Origin: an uncultured Actinomycetes bacterium
GTDB taxonomy: Bacteria; Actinomycetota; Thermoleophilia; UBA2241
Length of the DNA: 64,000 nt
Assembly: GCA_963755025.1 (NCBI GenBank)
Contig: CAVWIH010000014.1
Coordinates: 128,001-192,000 of the forward strand
Direction of reading: 5' to 3'
The position numbers and the translations under genes were made by a program. Of this stretch, positions 11,527 to 21,385 are shown piece by piece; position 1 is the stretch's first letter; every line of letters starts with the position of its first letter. The notes under the pieces were generated by a model that had not been told where the DNA came from, did no database searches, and saw only the letters and a program-made list of their open reading frames with translations.

Positions 11527-12538
11527 GGCCCTGCGCTCCACGCTCGACCTTGGCGGCGCGGCGCCGCTCGTGGCGGTCTCCGGGCTCACGGTGCTCTACG
11601 ACCTCGTGATCGTGCTGGTCGTGCTGGCCGGCGCGCTCTCCATAGCCGCCGGCCTGACCTGGTTCGAGCGCCGCCTGCTGAGCTTCTTCCAGGACCGCCT
11701 GGGGCCCAACCGCGTGGGTCCCGCCGGCCTGCTGCAGCCGCTTGCCGACACCGTCAAGATGTTCACCAAAGAGGACTGGATACCGCCCTTCGCCGACCCC
11801 TGGCTGTTCGTGCTGGCCCCGACGATCATCATCGTCTCGGTGCTGCTGGCGTTCGTCATAGTGCCGGTGAGCGGCTCGTTCGTGGTGGCCGACACCAACA
11901 TCGGCCTGCTGTTCTTTCTGGGCATGTCGTCGCTCGGGGTGTACAGCGTGGCGCTCGCCGGCTGGTCGTCGGCCAGCAAGTACTCGATCATCGGCGGGCT
12001 GCGCGCCGCCGCCCAGATGATGAGCTACGAGGTCTTCATGGGCGTCGCGCTGACCGGCGCGGTGCTGATGGCCGGCTCGTTCGACTTGAACAAGATCGTC
12101 GAAGGCCAGCGCGGCCTGTGGTACGTCATTCCGCAGTTCCCGGGCTTTCTCGTCTTTCTGCTGGCCGGCTTCGCCGAGATGCGGCGCATACCGTTCGACC
12201 TGGTCGAAGCCGAGAGCGAGCTCGTGGCCGGCTACCGCACCGAGTACTCCGGCATGAAGTCCGGCATGTTCCTGGTGGGCGAGTACCTCGGCATGACGCT
12301 GATCGCCGCCCTGATCGTCACCATCTACTTCGGCGGCTGGCTGGGGCCGGGACTGCCCAACTTCGTGTGGTTCCTGCTCAAGGTGTTCGTCTTCATCGTC
12401 TTCTTCATCCTGGTGCGCGGCACGCTGCCGCGGCCACGCTACGACCAGCTCATGGACCTCGGCTGGAAGATCCTGCTGCCGCTCTCGCTGGTCAACCTGG
12501 CCGTCACCGGGGCCATCATCCTGGCGGTGCAGAAATGA
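11519..12538 (+). CDS. nuoH: NADH-quinone oxidoreductase subunit H
   Basis: [37 protein letters not shown] and PRPRYDQLM. Confidence 0.95.
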   Translation: MPEALRSTLDLGGAAPLVAVSGLTVLYDLVIVLVVLAGALSIAAGLTWFERRLLSFFQDRLGPNRVGPAGLLQPLADTVKMFTKEDWIPPFADPWLFVLAPTIIIVSVLLAFVIVPVSGSFVVADTNIGLLFFLGMSSLGVYSVALAGWSSASKYSIIGGLRAAAQMMSYEVFMGVALTGAVLMAGSFDLNKIVEGQRGLWYVIPQFPGFLVFLLAGFAEMRRIPFDLVEAESELVAGYRTEYSGMKSGMFLVGEYLGMTLIAALIVTIYFGGWLGPGLPNFVWFLLKVFVFIVFFILVRGTLPRPRYDQLMDLGWKILLPLSLVNLAVTGAIILAVQK

Positions 12539-13047
12539 GCTACCTGCGCGGCCTGTGGATCGTCTTTCTGCACCTCTTCAAGCGCACCGACACGATCGAG
12601 TACCCCAAGGAGATGCTCTACCTGCCGCCGCGCTACCGCGGCCGCATCGTGCTCACGCGCGACCCCGACGGCGGCGAGCGCTGCGTGGCCTGCTACCTGT
12701 GCTCCGTGGCTTGCCCGGTCGACTGCATCGCCCTGCAGGCCACCGAGGACGAGAGCGGGCGCCGCTACCCGGCCTGGTTTCGCATCAACTTCTCGCGCTG
12801 CATCTACTGCGGCTTCTGCGAGGAGGCCTGCCCCACCTACGCCATCCAGCTCACGCCCGACGCCGAGATGAGCGAGTACCTGCGCCCCAGCATGGTCTAC
12901 GAAAAGGAAGACCTGCAGATCGCGGGCACCGGCAAGTACCACGACTACAACTTCTACCGGGTCGCCGGCCTCGCCATAGCCGGCAAGGGCAAGGGCGAGG
13001 CCGAGCACGAGGCCCCGCCGGCCGACCCGCGCCAGCTGCTGCCATGA
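12535..13047 (+). CDS. nuoI: NADH-quinone oxidoreductase subunit I
   Basis: Two [4Fe-4S] motifs, [12 protein letters not shown] and [12 protein letters not shown]. Confidence 0.95.
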   Translation: MSYLRGLWIVFLHLFKRTDTIEYPKEMLYLPPRYRGRIVLTRDPDGGERCVACYLCSVACPVDCIALQATEDESGRRYPAWFRINFSRCIYCGFCEEACPTYAIQLTPDAEMSEYLRPSMVYEKEDLQIAGTGKYHDYNFYRVAGLAIAGKGKGEAEHEAPPADPRQLLP

Positions 13048-13063
13048 GAAACCGTCGCACGCC

Positions 13064-13804
13064 ATGACCGTGGTCTTCTACATAGCCGGCGCGATCGCCC
13101 TGCTCTCGACGCTGCTCGTCGTGACGTGCCGCAACACGATCCACGCCCTGCTCTACCTCGTGCTCTCGCTGCTCGCCGTCGCCATCGTCTTCTACACGCT
13201 GGGGGCGCCCTTCGTGGCCGCCCTCGAGGTGATCGTCTACGCCGGCGCCATCATCGTGCTGTTCCTCTTCACGGTGATGCTGCTGAACGTGGGCCGCGAG
13301 GCCGAAGGCGACGAGGCGCACCGCCTGCGCGCGATCAGCTTCCTGTGGCCCGGCCTGCTGGCCGCGGCGCTGCTGGTCGAGCTCGGCGTGGCCATCGCGA
13401 GCGGCCCTTCGGCCCAGGTCGGCGCTCGCGCCGTGGCGCCGCGCGCCGTCGGTATAGCCCTCTACGGGCCCTACGCCATCGGCGTCGAGCTGGCCTCGAC
13501 GCTGCTGCTCGCCGCCCTGATCGGCGCCCGCCACCTGGGTCAGCGCCAGGCCGAACAGAGCTTTGCCGACCTGGCGCTGGCGGCCGACACGGTCGCGTCG
13601 CCCCCCGGCGGCGACGACCGGCAGCTCGTGGCGGTCGGCGCGCCGGCGGCCGAGGCGGCGGCGCCCGGCGGCGAGCCCGGCGAGGCATCCGCCGACGACA
13701 GGTCGGGCGGCGCGGTGGGCACGGCCGGCGAAGCCCCGCCGCAGGCGCCCGACGACGCGCCCGCGCCGGGCGGCACCAGGTTCTGGCGAAAGGGAGACGA
13801 CTGA
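13064..13804 (+). CDS. nuoJ: NADH-quinone oxidoreductase subunit J (Ala/Pro-rich C-terminal tail)
   Basis: [16 protein letters not shown] and VELASTLLL; operon position. Confidence 0.92.
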   Translation: MTVVFYIAGAIALLSTLLVVTCRNTIHALLYLVLSLLAVAIVFYTLGAPFVAALEVIVYAGAIIVLFLFTVMLLNVGREAEGDEAHRLRAISFLWPGLLAAALLVELGVAIASGPSAQVGARAVAPRAVGIALYGPYAIGVELASTLLLAALIGARHLGQRQAEQSFADLALAADTVASPPGGDDRQLVAVGAPAAEAAAPGGEPGEASADDRSGGAVGTAGEAPPQAPDDAPAPGGTRFWRKGDD

Positions 13805-14112
13805 TGGCCCACGTGCCTTTCGAGTACGGGCTCTACCTGGCGGCCGCGCTGTTCCTGGTCGGCCTGGTCGGCGTGCTGGTGCGCCGCAACCTGATCTTCG
13901 TGCTGGCCTCGATCGAGATCATGCTCAATGCCTCCGGCCTCGCCTTTGTGGTGGCCGGCTCGCGCTGGGGACAACCCGACGGCCAGGTGATGTTCGTCTT
14001 CATCCTCGCCATGGCGGCCGCCGAAGTGGCCGTGGGCCTGGCGCTGGCGCTGCTGTTCCGCCGCGCCTTCGGCTCGCTCGACATCGACAAAGCCGACCAG
14101 ATGCGAGGCTGA
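13804..14112 (+). CDS. nuoK: NADH-quinone oxidoreductase subunit K
   Basis: VRRNLIF..SIEIMLN, DGQVM and AAAEVAVGL. Confidence 0.93.
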   Translation: MAHVPFEYGLYLAAALFLVGLVGVLVRRNLIFVLASIEIMLNASGLAFVVAGSRWGQPDGQVMFVFILAMAAAEVAVGLALALLFRRAFGSLDIDKADQMRG

Positions 14113-14113
14113 C

Positions 14114-16000
14114 GTGCTGCACCTGCTCTTCCTCGTGCCCCTGCTGCCCTTCGCCGGCTTCGTCATTCTGGCACTGGGCGGGCGGCGCCTGTCGCACGGC
14201 GGCGTCGCCGCCGTGGGCGCCGGCTCGGTCGGCCTGGCCGCCCTCGTGGCCCTCGCCGTCTCGATCGACTTCATGGCGAGCCCGCCGGCCGGCCACGCCT
14301 TCGACCAGGTCCTGTGGACCTGGTTCAGCGTGGCCGGCCTCAAGGTGCAGGTCGCCCTCTACCTCGACCCGCTGGCGGTCTGCTTCATCCTGATCGTGGC
14401 CTGCGTGGGGTTCCTCATCCACCTCTACTCGGTCGAGCACATGGCGCACGACGACGGCTTCGCCCGCTTCTTCGCCTACATGAACCTCTTCGTGGGCTTC
14501 ATGCTCGTGCTCGTGCTGGCCGACAACCTGCTGCTGCTCTACCTGGGCTGGGAGGGCGTCGGCCTGTGCAGCTACCTGCTCATCGGCTTCTGGTACAAGC
14601 ACTGGTACAACGGCTACGCCGCCCGCAAGGCGTTCGTCGTCACGCGCATCGGCGACACCGCCATGATCGTCGGTCTGTTCTTGCTGTTCACGCAGCTCGG
14701 CACGCTGCAGATCCAGCCGCTCATGGCGCGCGCCGCGGCGGCCTGGCCGCAGGGCTCCGCCCTGCCGGTGGCCGCCGCCCTGCTGCTGCTCGGCGGCGCC
14801 GTGGGCAAGTCGGCCCAGCTGCCGCTGCAGACCTGGCTGCCCGACGCCATGGCCGGCCCCTCGCCGGTCAGCGCCCTCATCCACGCGGCCACCATGGTCA
14901 CCGCCGGCGTCTACCTGATCGCCCGCACCAACGTGCTCTTCGACCTGGCGCCGGCGGCGCGCACCACCGTGGCCGTGGTGGGCGCGGCGACGCTCCTCTA
15001 CGCCGGGGTCAGCGCCCTGTTCCAGGTCGACCTCAAGCGCATCCTCGCCTACTCGACGATCAGCCAGGTCGGCTACATGTTCCTCGCCCTCGGCGTGGGC
15101 GCCTGGTCGGCCGGCATCTTCATGTTCATCACCCACGCCTTCTTCAAGGCCCTGCTGTTCCTCTCGGCCGGGGTGGTGATCGAGGCCATGGACGACGAGC
15201 ACGACATCTTCAAGATGGGCGGCCTGCGCACGCGCCTGCCGGTCGCCTTCTGGACGTTCCTCATAGGCGCCGCGGCCCTCGCCGCCCTGCCCATCGTGAC
15301 GGCCGGCTTCTACAGCAAGGACCTCATCATCGACCGCGCCCTGCAGTCGACCGAAGGCGGTTTCTGGCTGTGGATCGCGGGCATCGTGGGCTCGCTGCTC
15401 ACCGGCCTCTACGCCTTCCGCGCGGTGTTCGTGGTGTTCTTCGGCCCGGTGCGCACCGAGCCTCGGCCCGGTTTTCGTACCGGCCTTGCGGTGCGCCTGC
15501 CGCTCTTCGTGCTGGCCTTCCTGGCCGTCGCCGGCGGCCTCATCGACATTCCGCGCGGCTGGGCCCACCTGCAGAAGCTCGACGACTTCCTGGCGCCCGT
15601 GCTGCCCGCCACGCCGCTGCGCCACGGCGGCCTGGCGGGCGACCTGTGGACGACCTTCGTGCCGGGCGTCGTCGCCCTGGCCGGCATAGGCCTCGCCTGG
15701 CTGCTCTACGAGCGCCGCCGGCAGCTGGCCGCCGAAGCCGACACCTCGGTGGCCGCGCGCTACTTCCTGGGCGGCTGGGGCTTCGACTGGCTCTACCGCT
15801 ACGCCTTCGAGGTGCCGTTCCTGTGGTTCGCCCACGTGAGCCGCAACGACCTGTTCGAGCCGCCCGTCGACGCCATCGCCCACCTGGCGCGCGCCGGCTG
15901 GCGCGGCCTGTCGGCCACCCAGAACGGCCTCGTGCGCTCGTACGTCTTCGTGATCGGCTTCGGCGTACTGGTCGGCGTGTTGCTGGTGGTGCTGCGATGA
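14114..16000 (+). CDS. nuoL: NADH-quinone oxidoreductase subunit L
   Basis: GWEGVGLCSYLLIGFW, GKSAQLPLQTWLPDAMAGP and THAFFKALLF. Confidence 0.95.
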   Translation: MLHLLFLVPLLPFAGFVILALGGRRLSHGGVAAVGAGSVGLAALVALAVSIDFMASPPAGHAFDQVLWTWFSVAGLKVQVALYLDPLAVCFILIVACVGFLIHLYSVEHMAHDDGFARFFAYMNLFVGFMLVLVLADNLLLLYLGWEGVGLCSYLLIGFWYKHWYNGYAARKAFVVTRIGDTAMIVGLFLLFTQLGTLQIQPLMARAAAAWPQGSALPVAAALLLLGGAVGKSAQLPLQTWLPDAMAGPSPVSALIHAATMVTAGVYLIARTNVLFDLAPAARTTVAVVGAATLLYAGVSALFQVDLKRILAYSTISQVGYMFLALGVGAWSAGIFMFITHAFFKALLFLSAGVVIEAMDDEHDIFKMGGLRTRLPVAFWTFLIGAAALAALPIVTAGFYSKDLIIDRALQSTEGGFWLWIAGIVGSLLTGLYAFRAVFVVFFGPVRTEPRPGFRTGLAVRLPLFVLAFLAVAGGLIDIPRGWAHLQKLDDFLAPVLPATPLRHGGLAGDLWTTFVPGVVALAGIGLAWLLYERRRQLAAEADTSVAARYFLGGWGFDWLYRYAFEVPFLWFAHVSRNDLFEPPVDAIAHLARAGWRGLSATQNGLVRSYVFVIGFGVLVGVLLVVLR

Positions 16001-17610
16001 TCCTTGTCGCGCTGCTCGCCTGGCCCTTCGTCGCCGGCATCGCCGCCTGGATCGCCGGCCGCCGCCGCCCCGACCTCGCCCGCTGGGTGTCGGTCCTGGC
16101 CATGGCCGCCGGCCTCGTCGCGGTGGTCGTCGAGTGGATCGCCAAGGCGCCCGACTTCTCGCTGTCCGGTCACGGCCCCTTCGTGGCGAGCGTGCACGTC
16201 GCCTGGGTGCCGCAGCTGGGCATCAGCTTCTTCGTGGCCGCCGACGGCTTCAGCCTGCTCATGGTCGCGCTGTGCTACGCCCTCGGCCTGCTCGCCGTGC
16301 TGTCGTCGTGGCACGACATCACCGAACGGGTCGGCTTCTTCCACTTCATGCTGCTCTGGACGATCGCGGCGCTGGTCGGGGTGTTCACTGCCCTCGACCT
16401 GTTCCTCTTCTACTTCCTGTTCGAGATGATGCTCGTCCCCATGTTCTTCCTGATCGCGCTGTGGGGCCACGAGCGGCGCGTCTACGCCGCCATCAAGTTC
16501 TTCCTGTTCACGCAGATCGGCGGCCTGCTCATGCTGGTCTCGATCCTCGCCCTGTACGTCATCCACGGCCGCCAGACCGGCGTGTACACCTTCGACTACC
16601 TGCGCTTGCTCGGCACGCACCTCTCGATGGCCACGGCGACCTGGCTCATGCTCGGCTTCTTCGCCGCCTTCGCCGTGAAGCTGCCCGCCGTGCCGCTGCA
16701 CACCTGGCTGCCCGACGCCCACACCCAGGCGCCGACCGCCGGCAGCCTCGTGCTCGCCGGCCTGCTCATCAAGATCGGCGCCTACGGGATGATCCGCTTC
16801 ATGGTGCCGCTGTTCCCCCAGGCCACGTTCCGCGCGGCGCCGGTGTTCATGGGCCTCGCCGTGCTCGGTATCCTCTACGGCGCGGCGCTGGCCTTCGCCC
16901 AGAAGGACCTCAAGCGCATGGTGGCCTACACCAGCGTGAGCCACATGGGCTTCGTGCTGCTGGCCATCATGGCGTGGAACACGCTCGCCCTGCAGGGCGC
17001 GGTGCTCGAGATCGTCTGCCACGCCTTCTCGACCGGCGCCCTGTTCGCCATCGTCGGCCTCATGCAGGAGCGTCTGCACACCCGCGACATCGACAGGATG
17101 GGCGGTTTGTGGCTCACGGCGCCGCGCCTGGGCGCGGTGACGCTCGTCTTCGCCCTGGCCAGCCTGGGACTGCCCACCCTGGGCAACTTCGTCGCCGAGT
17201 TCCTCATACTCATCGGCTCGTGGCGCGTGAGCGAACCGGCTACGGTGCTGGGCGCGGTGGGTCTGGTGGCCGCCACGATCTACTCGCTGTGGCTCGTGCA
17301 GCGCGTCTTCCAGGGGCGTGAGGCGCCGACCGTGACCATGCCCGACCTCACGGTGCGCGAGGGAGCGATGCTGGCCTTCATGGCGGCCCCGCTGCTCTGG
17401 CTCGGCGTCTACCCGCAGCCCATCTTCAACACCGTGCGACCGGGCCTCGCCGCCCTGCAGCAGCGCGCCGTGCGTGCGCCGGCGACGACGCCGTCCGCCT
17501 CTATCAGGCCGCCCACCGTGGCGGCCGCGGCCGCGCTGCGCGACCAGACCGCGCCCAAAGCGCCGGCGCCCGCCAGGGCGTCCGCGCCCACCGCCCGAGG
17601 CCTGCAGTGA
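15997..17610 (+). CDS. nuoM: NADH-quinone oxidoreductase subunit M
   Basis: ATGA overlap with nuoL; VKLPAVPLHTWLPDAH, AYTSVSHMG and LGLPTLGNFVAE. Confidence 0.94.
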   Translation: MILVALLAWPFVAGIAAWIAGRRRPDLARWVSVLAMAAGLVAVVVEWIAKAPDFSLSGHGPFVASVHVAWVPQLGISFFVAADGFSLLMVALCYALGLLAVLSSWHDITERVGFFHFMLLWTIAALVGVFTALDLFLFYFLFEMMLVPMFFLIALWGHERRVYAAIKFFLFTQIGGLLMLVSILALYVIHGRQTGVYTFDYLRLLGTHLSMATATWLMLGFFAAFAVKLPAVPLHTWLPDAHTQAPTAGSLVLAGLLIKIGAYGMIRFMVPLFPQATFRAAPVFMGLAVLGILYGAALAFAQKDLKRMVAYTSVSHMGFVLLAIMAWNTLALQGAVLEIVCHAFSTGALFAIVGLMQERLHTRDIDRMGGLWLTAPRLGAVTLVFALASLGLPTLGNFVAEFLILIGSWRVSEPATVLGAVGLVAATIYSLWLVQRVFQGREAPTVTMPDLTVREGAMLAFMAAPLLWLGVYPQPIFNTVRPGLAALQQRAVRAPATTPSASIRPPTVAAAAALRDQTAPKAPAPARASAPTARGLQ

Positions 17611-19074
17611 ACGCCCGCGACACGATCACCCTGCTGCCCTTCATCGCGCTGACCCTGTCGGCGGTGATCGTCATGCTGGCCGGCACGTTCCACAGCAGCC
17701 ACCGGCTCACCGTGGGCCTCACGCTCGCCGGGCTCGTCTGGACCGGGGCCATGCTGCCCATCACCGCCGCGCGCGGCGGCCGCCAGGTCACCGCCCTGTT
17801 CCTGCTCGACGACTACACCCTGTTCTTCATGGGCCTGCTCGTGCTCACCACGGCCGGCGTCGTGCTCATCTCCTACGGCTATCTCGAGCGTCGCGAAGAG
17901 CACCCCCACGACTACTACACGCTGCTCCTGCTGGCCACGCTGGGTGGCGCCGCTCTCGTGGCCTCGACCCACTTCGCCTCGTTCTTCCTGGGCCTCGAAG
18001 TGCTCAGCGTGTCGCTGTACACGCTGATCGCCTACCCGCGCGCTGCGCGCCGGCTTCATAGAGGCCGGCGTGAAATACCTCGTGCTGGCGGCGGCCACGG
18101 CCGCGTTCCTGCTCTTCGGCATGGCGCTCGTCTACGCCGAGCTCGGCACCATGAGCCTGAACGCGTTCGCCCACCTGCACGTTACCGGCGGCGGGGCGGC
18201 CGAGACCTCGCTGCTCATCGGCGGCTTCGCCCTGATCATCGTGGGCATCGGCTTCAAGCTCGGCGTCGTGCCGTTCCACATGTGGACGCCCGACGTCTAC
18301 CAGGGCGCGCCCGCGCCGGTCACCGCGTTCGTGGCCACCGTGTCGAAGGGCGCCATGGTCGCCCTGCTGCTGCGCTACTTCCGTCAGGTGAGCCTGTCGC
18401 CCCACGACACGGTGTGGATCGTCTTCGCCATCATCGCCGCCGCCTCGATGATCGCCGGCAACCTCCTCGCCTTGCTGCAGGCCAACGTCAAACGGCTGCT
18501 GGCCTATTCGTCGATCGCCCATCTCGGCTACATCCTGGTCGCCTTCCTCGCCGTGGGCCGCACGGCGGCGGTCGCCGTGCTCTTTTATCTGGTGGCCTAC
18601 TTCGTCACCACGCTCGGCGCGTTCGGCATCGTCTCCGAGCTCTCCGGGGCCGAGGGCCGCGACGCCGACCGGATCGACGACTACCGCGGCCTCGGCGCCC
18701 GGCGTCCGCTGCTCGCCGCGACCTTCGCCGTGTCGCTGTTCTCGCTGGCCGGCATTCCGCTGACGGCCGGCTTTCTCGGCAAGTTCTACGTGGTGAACGC
18801 CGGCGCCGGCTCGCGACTGTGGTGGCTGCTCATCGTGCTCGTCGCCTCCAGCACGATCGGTCTCTACTACTACACGCGCATCGTCGTCGCCATGTACGTG
18901 CAGCAGCCCGCCGACGACCTTGTGGTGGACAGCTCGCCGGGCTCGCTCACGCTGGCCGGCAGCCGTGCCGGCGACGCCGTGCTGGTCGTCGTCACGGGCC
19001 TCGTCCTGTTCCTGGGTATCTATCCGTCACCACTCATCAGGCTGCTCGAGCACGTCGTGGCAGGACTGCCGTGA
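17607..19074 (+). CDS. nuoN: NADH-quinone oxidoreductase subunit N (apparent frameshift near 18040-18060)
   Basis: N-terminal FLGLEVLSVSLY, then IEAGVKY, FKLGVVPFHMWTPDVYQG and KRLLAYSSIAH in a second frame. Confidence 0.9.
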
Positions 19075-19114
19075 CGCCCGTGACCGCCCGCCCAACAAGG
19101 AGCCGACCAGCGCG

Positions 19115-20663
19115 ATGACCGGATTCGAGGAGACCTACACGATCGTCGGCGACCTGCCGCCGGGCGACGCCTTTCGCGCCCAGCGCGCGGTCACGGCCGA
19201 CGGCGCCGAGGTGGTCGTCAAGACCGTCCGCCCGGTGGCCCCCGACATGTTCGAGCGCGCCATCGCCCGCGTGGCCACGGTCACGGGGCCGCACAACGAG
19301 CACGTGCTCGGCTGGGAGCGCCGCGACCAGGCCGTGGCGCTGGCGGCCGCGCCCGTGCGCGGCGTCGACCTGGGGCATGAGCTGGCTCAGGCCGGCGCCC
19401 TGCCGCCGCAATCGGTGCGCGGGCTGGGCGCGCAGGCGGCGCTCGGCCTGGCGGCCCTGCACGCCAGAGGCATCGTGCACGGCGCGGTCAAGCCGGCCTC
19501 GCTCGTCCAGGCGGGTGACGGCGCCGTCGTCGTGGTCGACGCCGGCCTCCTGCAGGCCCAGGGCGGCGCCGACCTGAGCGACACGGCGCCGCCGCGCAAC
19601 GGCGCCTACGTGAGCCCCGAAGAGGTCATGGGCCGGCCGCTGCTGCCGGCTTCCGACGTCTACAGCCTCGGCGTCGTGCTCTACCAGCTCGTCACCGGCC
19701 GGTTGCCGTTCGACGGCCAGAACGCCTTCGCCGTGGCGCAGGACCACGTGGGCGCGCCGGCCCGTGCCGCCGCAGCGCTGGAACGCGGCGGTGCCCGACA
19801 CGCTCGAGGCCGTGATCATGCGGGCTCTCGCCAAGGCGCCCGAAGACCGCTACCCCTCTGGTCGCGAGCTCTTTGCGGCCCTCGACTCCGACCTCGAGCC
19901 GACGCGCGTCATCGCGCCGGCGGCCGCGCCGCGCCGCGCCATCTGGCCCTGGGTCGTGGCCGGCCTCGCCGCGCTGGCCGTCATCGTCGGCGTGCTCTGG
20001 GCGACGGGCGTGTTCACCCAGAAGGCCATGGTCCCCAACGTGGTCGGCGCGACCCTCGCCAACGCGCAGACCACCCTCTCGCAGGCCGGCTTCAAGGTCG
20101 GCAGCGTGGGCTACCAGCAGGGCGTCGGCAAGACGCAGGGCACCGTGCTCTCGCAAGACCCGCGGGCGGGGGCGCAGGCCGGCAAGGGCTCGAGCGTAAA
20201 CCTGATCGCCGTGGGGGCGACAGCGCAGACCGTGCCCAACGTCATCGGCATGACGCAGGCGGCGGCGACCGCCGCCATCACCGCCGCCGGCCTGGCGCTC
20301 GGGCACGTGACGCAGCTCTACAGCTCGGAGCCGGCCGGTTCGGTCACAGACCAGGCCCCCAACTCGGGCGTCAACGCGCCGGCGGGCTCGCAGGTCGCCA
20401 TCACCATCTCGCGCGGACCCACGCCCTCGGCGAGCCCGGCGGCCGCGGCGGTGCCCACTGTGACCGGCCAGAGCCAAGCGCAGGCCACGACCACCCTGCA
20501 GTCGGCCGGCTTCGTGGTGGTCGCCGACCGGGTGGCCAGCAGCTCGGTGCCCGACGGCGTGGTCTCCGACCAGACGCCGGCCGGCGGCGTGCTGGCGCAG
20601 CCGGGCACGACCGTGACGATCGTCGTCTCGAGCGGCTCGCCGTCGGCCTCGCCGTCGCCCTGA
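19115..20663 (+). CDS. PknB-like Ser/Thr kinase-fold protein with TM helix and 3 PASTA domains; probable pseudokinase (frameshift near 19760)
   Basis: RBS AAGGAG; YVSPE, SDVYSLGVVLYQLVTGRLPF and RALAKAPEDRY; TM helix; VPNVVG, VPNVIG and VPTVTG repeats; HRD reads HGA. Confidence 0.85.
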
Positions 20664-20700
20664 CCGGGGCGCGGACCCACCTTCGAAGGGAGAACAGACG

Positions 20701-21256
20701 ATGGAGAGCGACGGACTCGTCCTCTACCTTGGCATCTACGACACGCCGGCCCGGGCCGAACAGGACTTCTCGGAGATCGCCGCGCTGCACCGCTCCGGGC
20801 GGGTCGGCACCTACGACGCGGCCATCGTCGAGAAGGCCGGTGACGGCGCGCGTGACCATGCGCAAGCACGAGAAGCCCACGCAGCACGGGGCCTGGACCG
20901 GGATCGGCGTGGGCGCCGTGCTCGGCCTGCTCTTTCCGCCCTCGATCATCGTCGGCGGCGTCGTCGGGGGCGTCGCCGGAGGGCTCACCGGGCACCTCTG
21001 GCGGGGGCTCTCGCGAGCCGACGTCAAGGAGCTCGGCGAGACCCTCGACAGGGGCGACGCCGCCCTGCTCGTGGTCGGCTCGCCGGCGCTGCGCGAACAG
21101 ACCGAGCGCCTTCTGTCGGGCGCGCAGCAGCGCGTCGTCAAACAGCTCGACCTCGCTCATCACGAGTTCGCCCGAGCGCTCGCCCAGGCCGAGGCCGAGG
21201 CGGCCAAGGGCGGCGCCGCCACGTCGGCGGGCGCGCAGGGCGGCGCGACGGCGTAA
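20701..21256 (+). CDS. DUF1269-like glycine-zipper membrane protein (frameshift near 20850)
   Basis: YDAAIVEK...KHEKPTQHGAWTGIGVGAVLGLLFPP...GLSRADVKELGE. Confidence 0.75.
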
Positions 21257-21357
21257 GGCGGCGCGACGGCGCGCAAGAGGCGTGAGCGCGACGGCGTGAG
21301 GCCGACGGCGCGAAAGTGGCGCGTCCCGCGAATGCGGCGTGAGCGCGACGGCGTAAA
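21239..21357. repeat. Degenerate tandem repeat with core GCGCGACGGCG (about 5 copies), first copy includes the upstream stop codon
   Basis: ggcggcgcgacggcgtaa / ggcggcgcgacggcgcgcaa / gagcgcgacggcgtga / gagcgcgacggcgtaa. Confidence 0.7.
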
Positions 21358-21385
21358 CGCGGCGCGCCCCGGACATCATGTTCTC

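Noticed and set aside
3866-17610. Apparent long N-terminal extensions on NuoB, NuoG, NuoI, NuoK and NuoM
   Set aside because: Open-frame run-through from upstream genes; the true starts are at stop/start overlaps or just after the upstream stop
11130-18070. Programmed frameshifting in nuoG or nuoN
   Set aside because: No slippery sequence seen, and similar indels occur throughout unrelated genes
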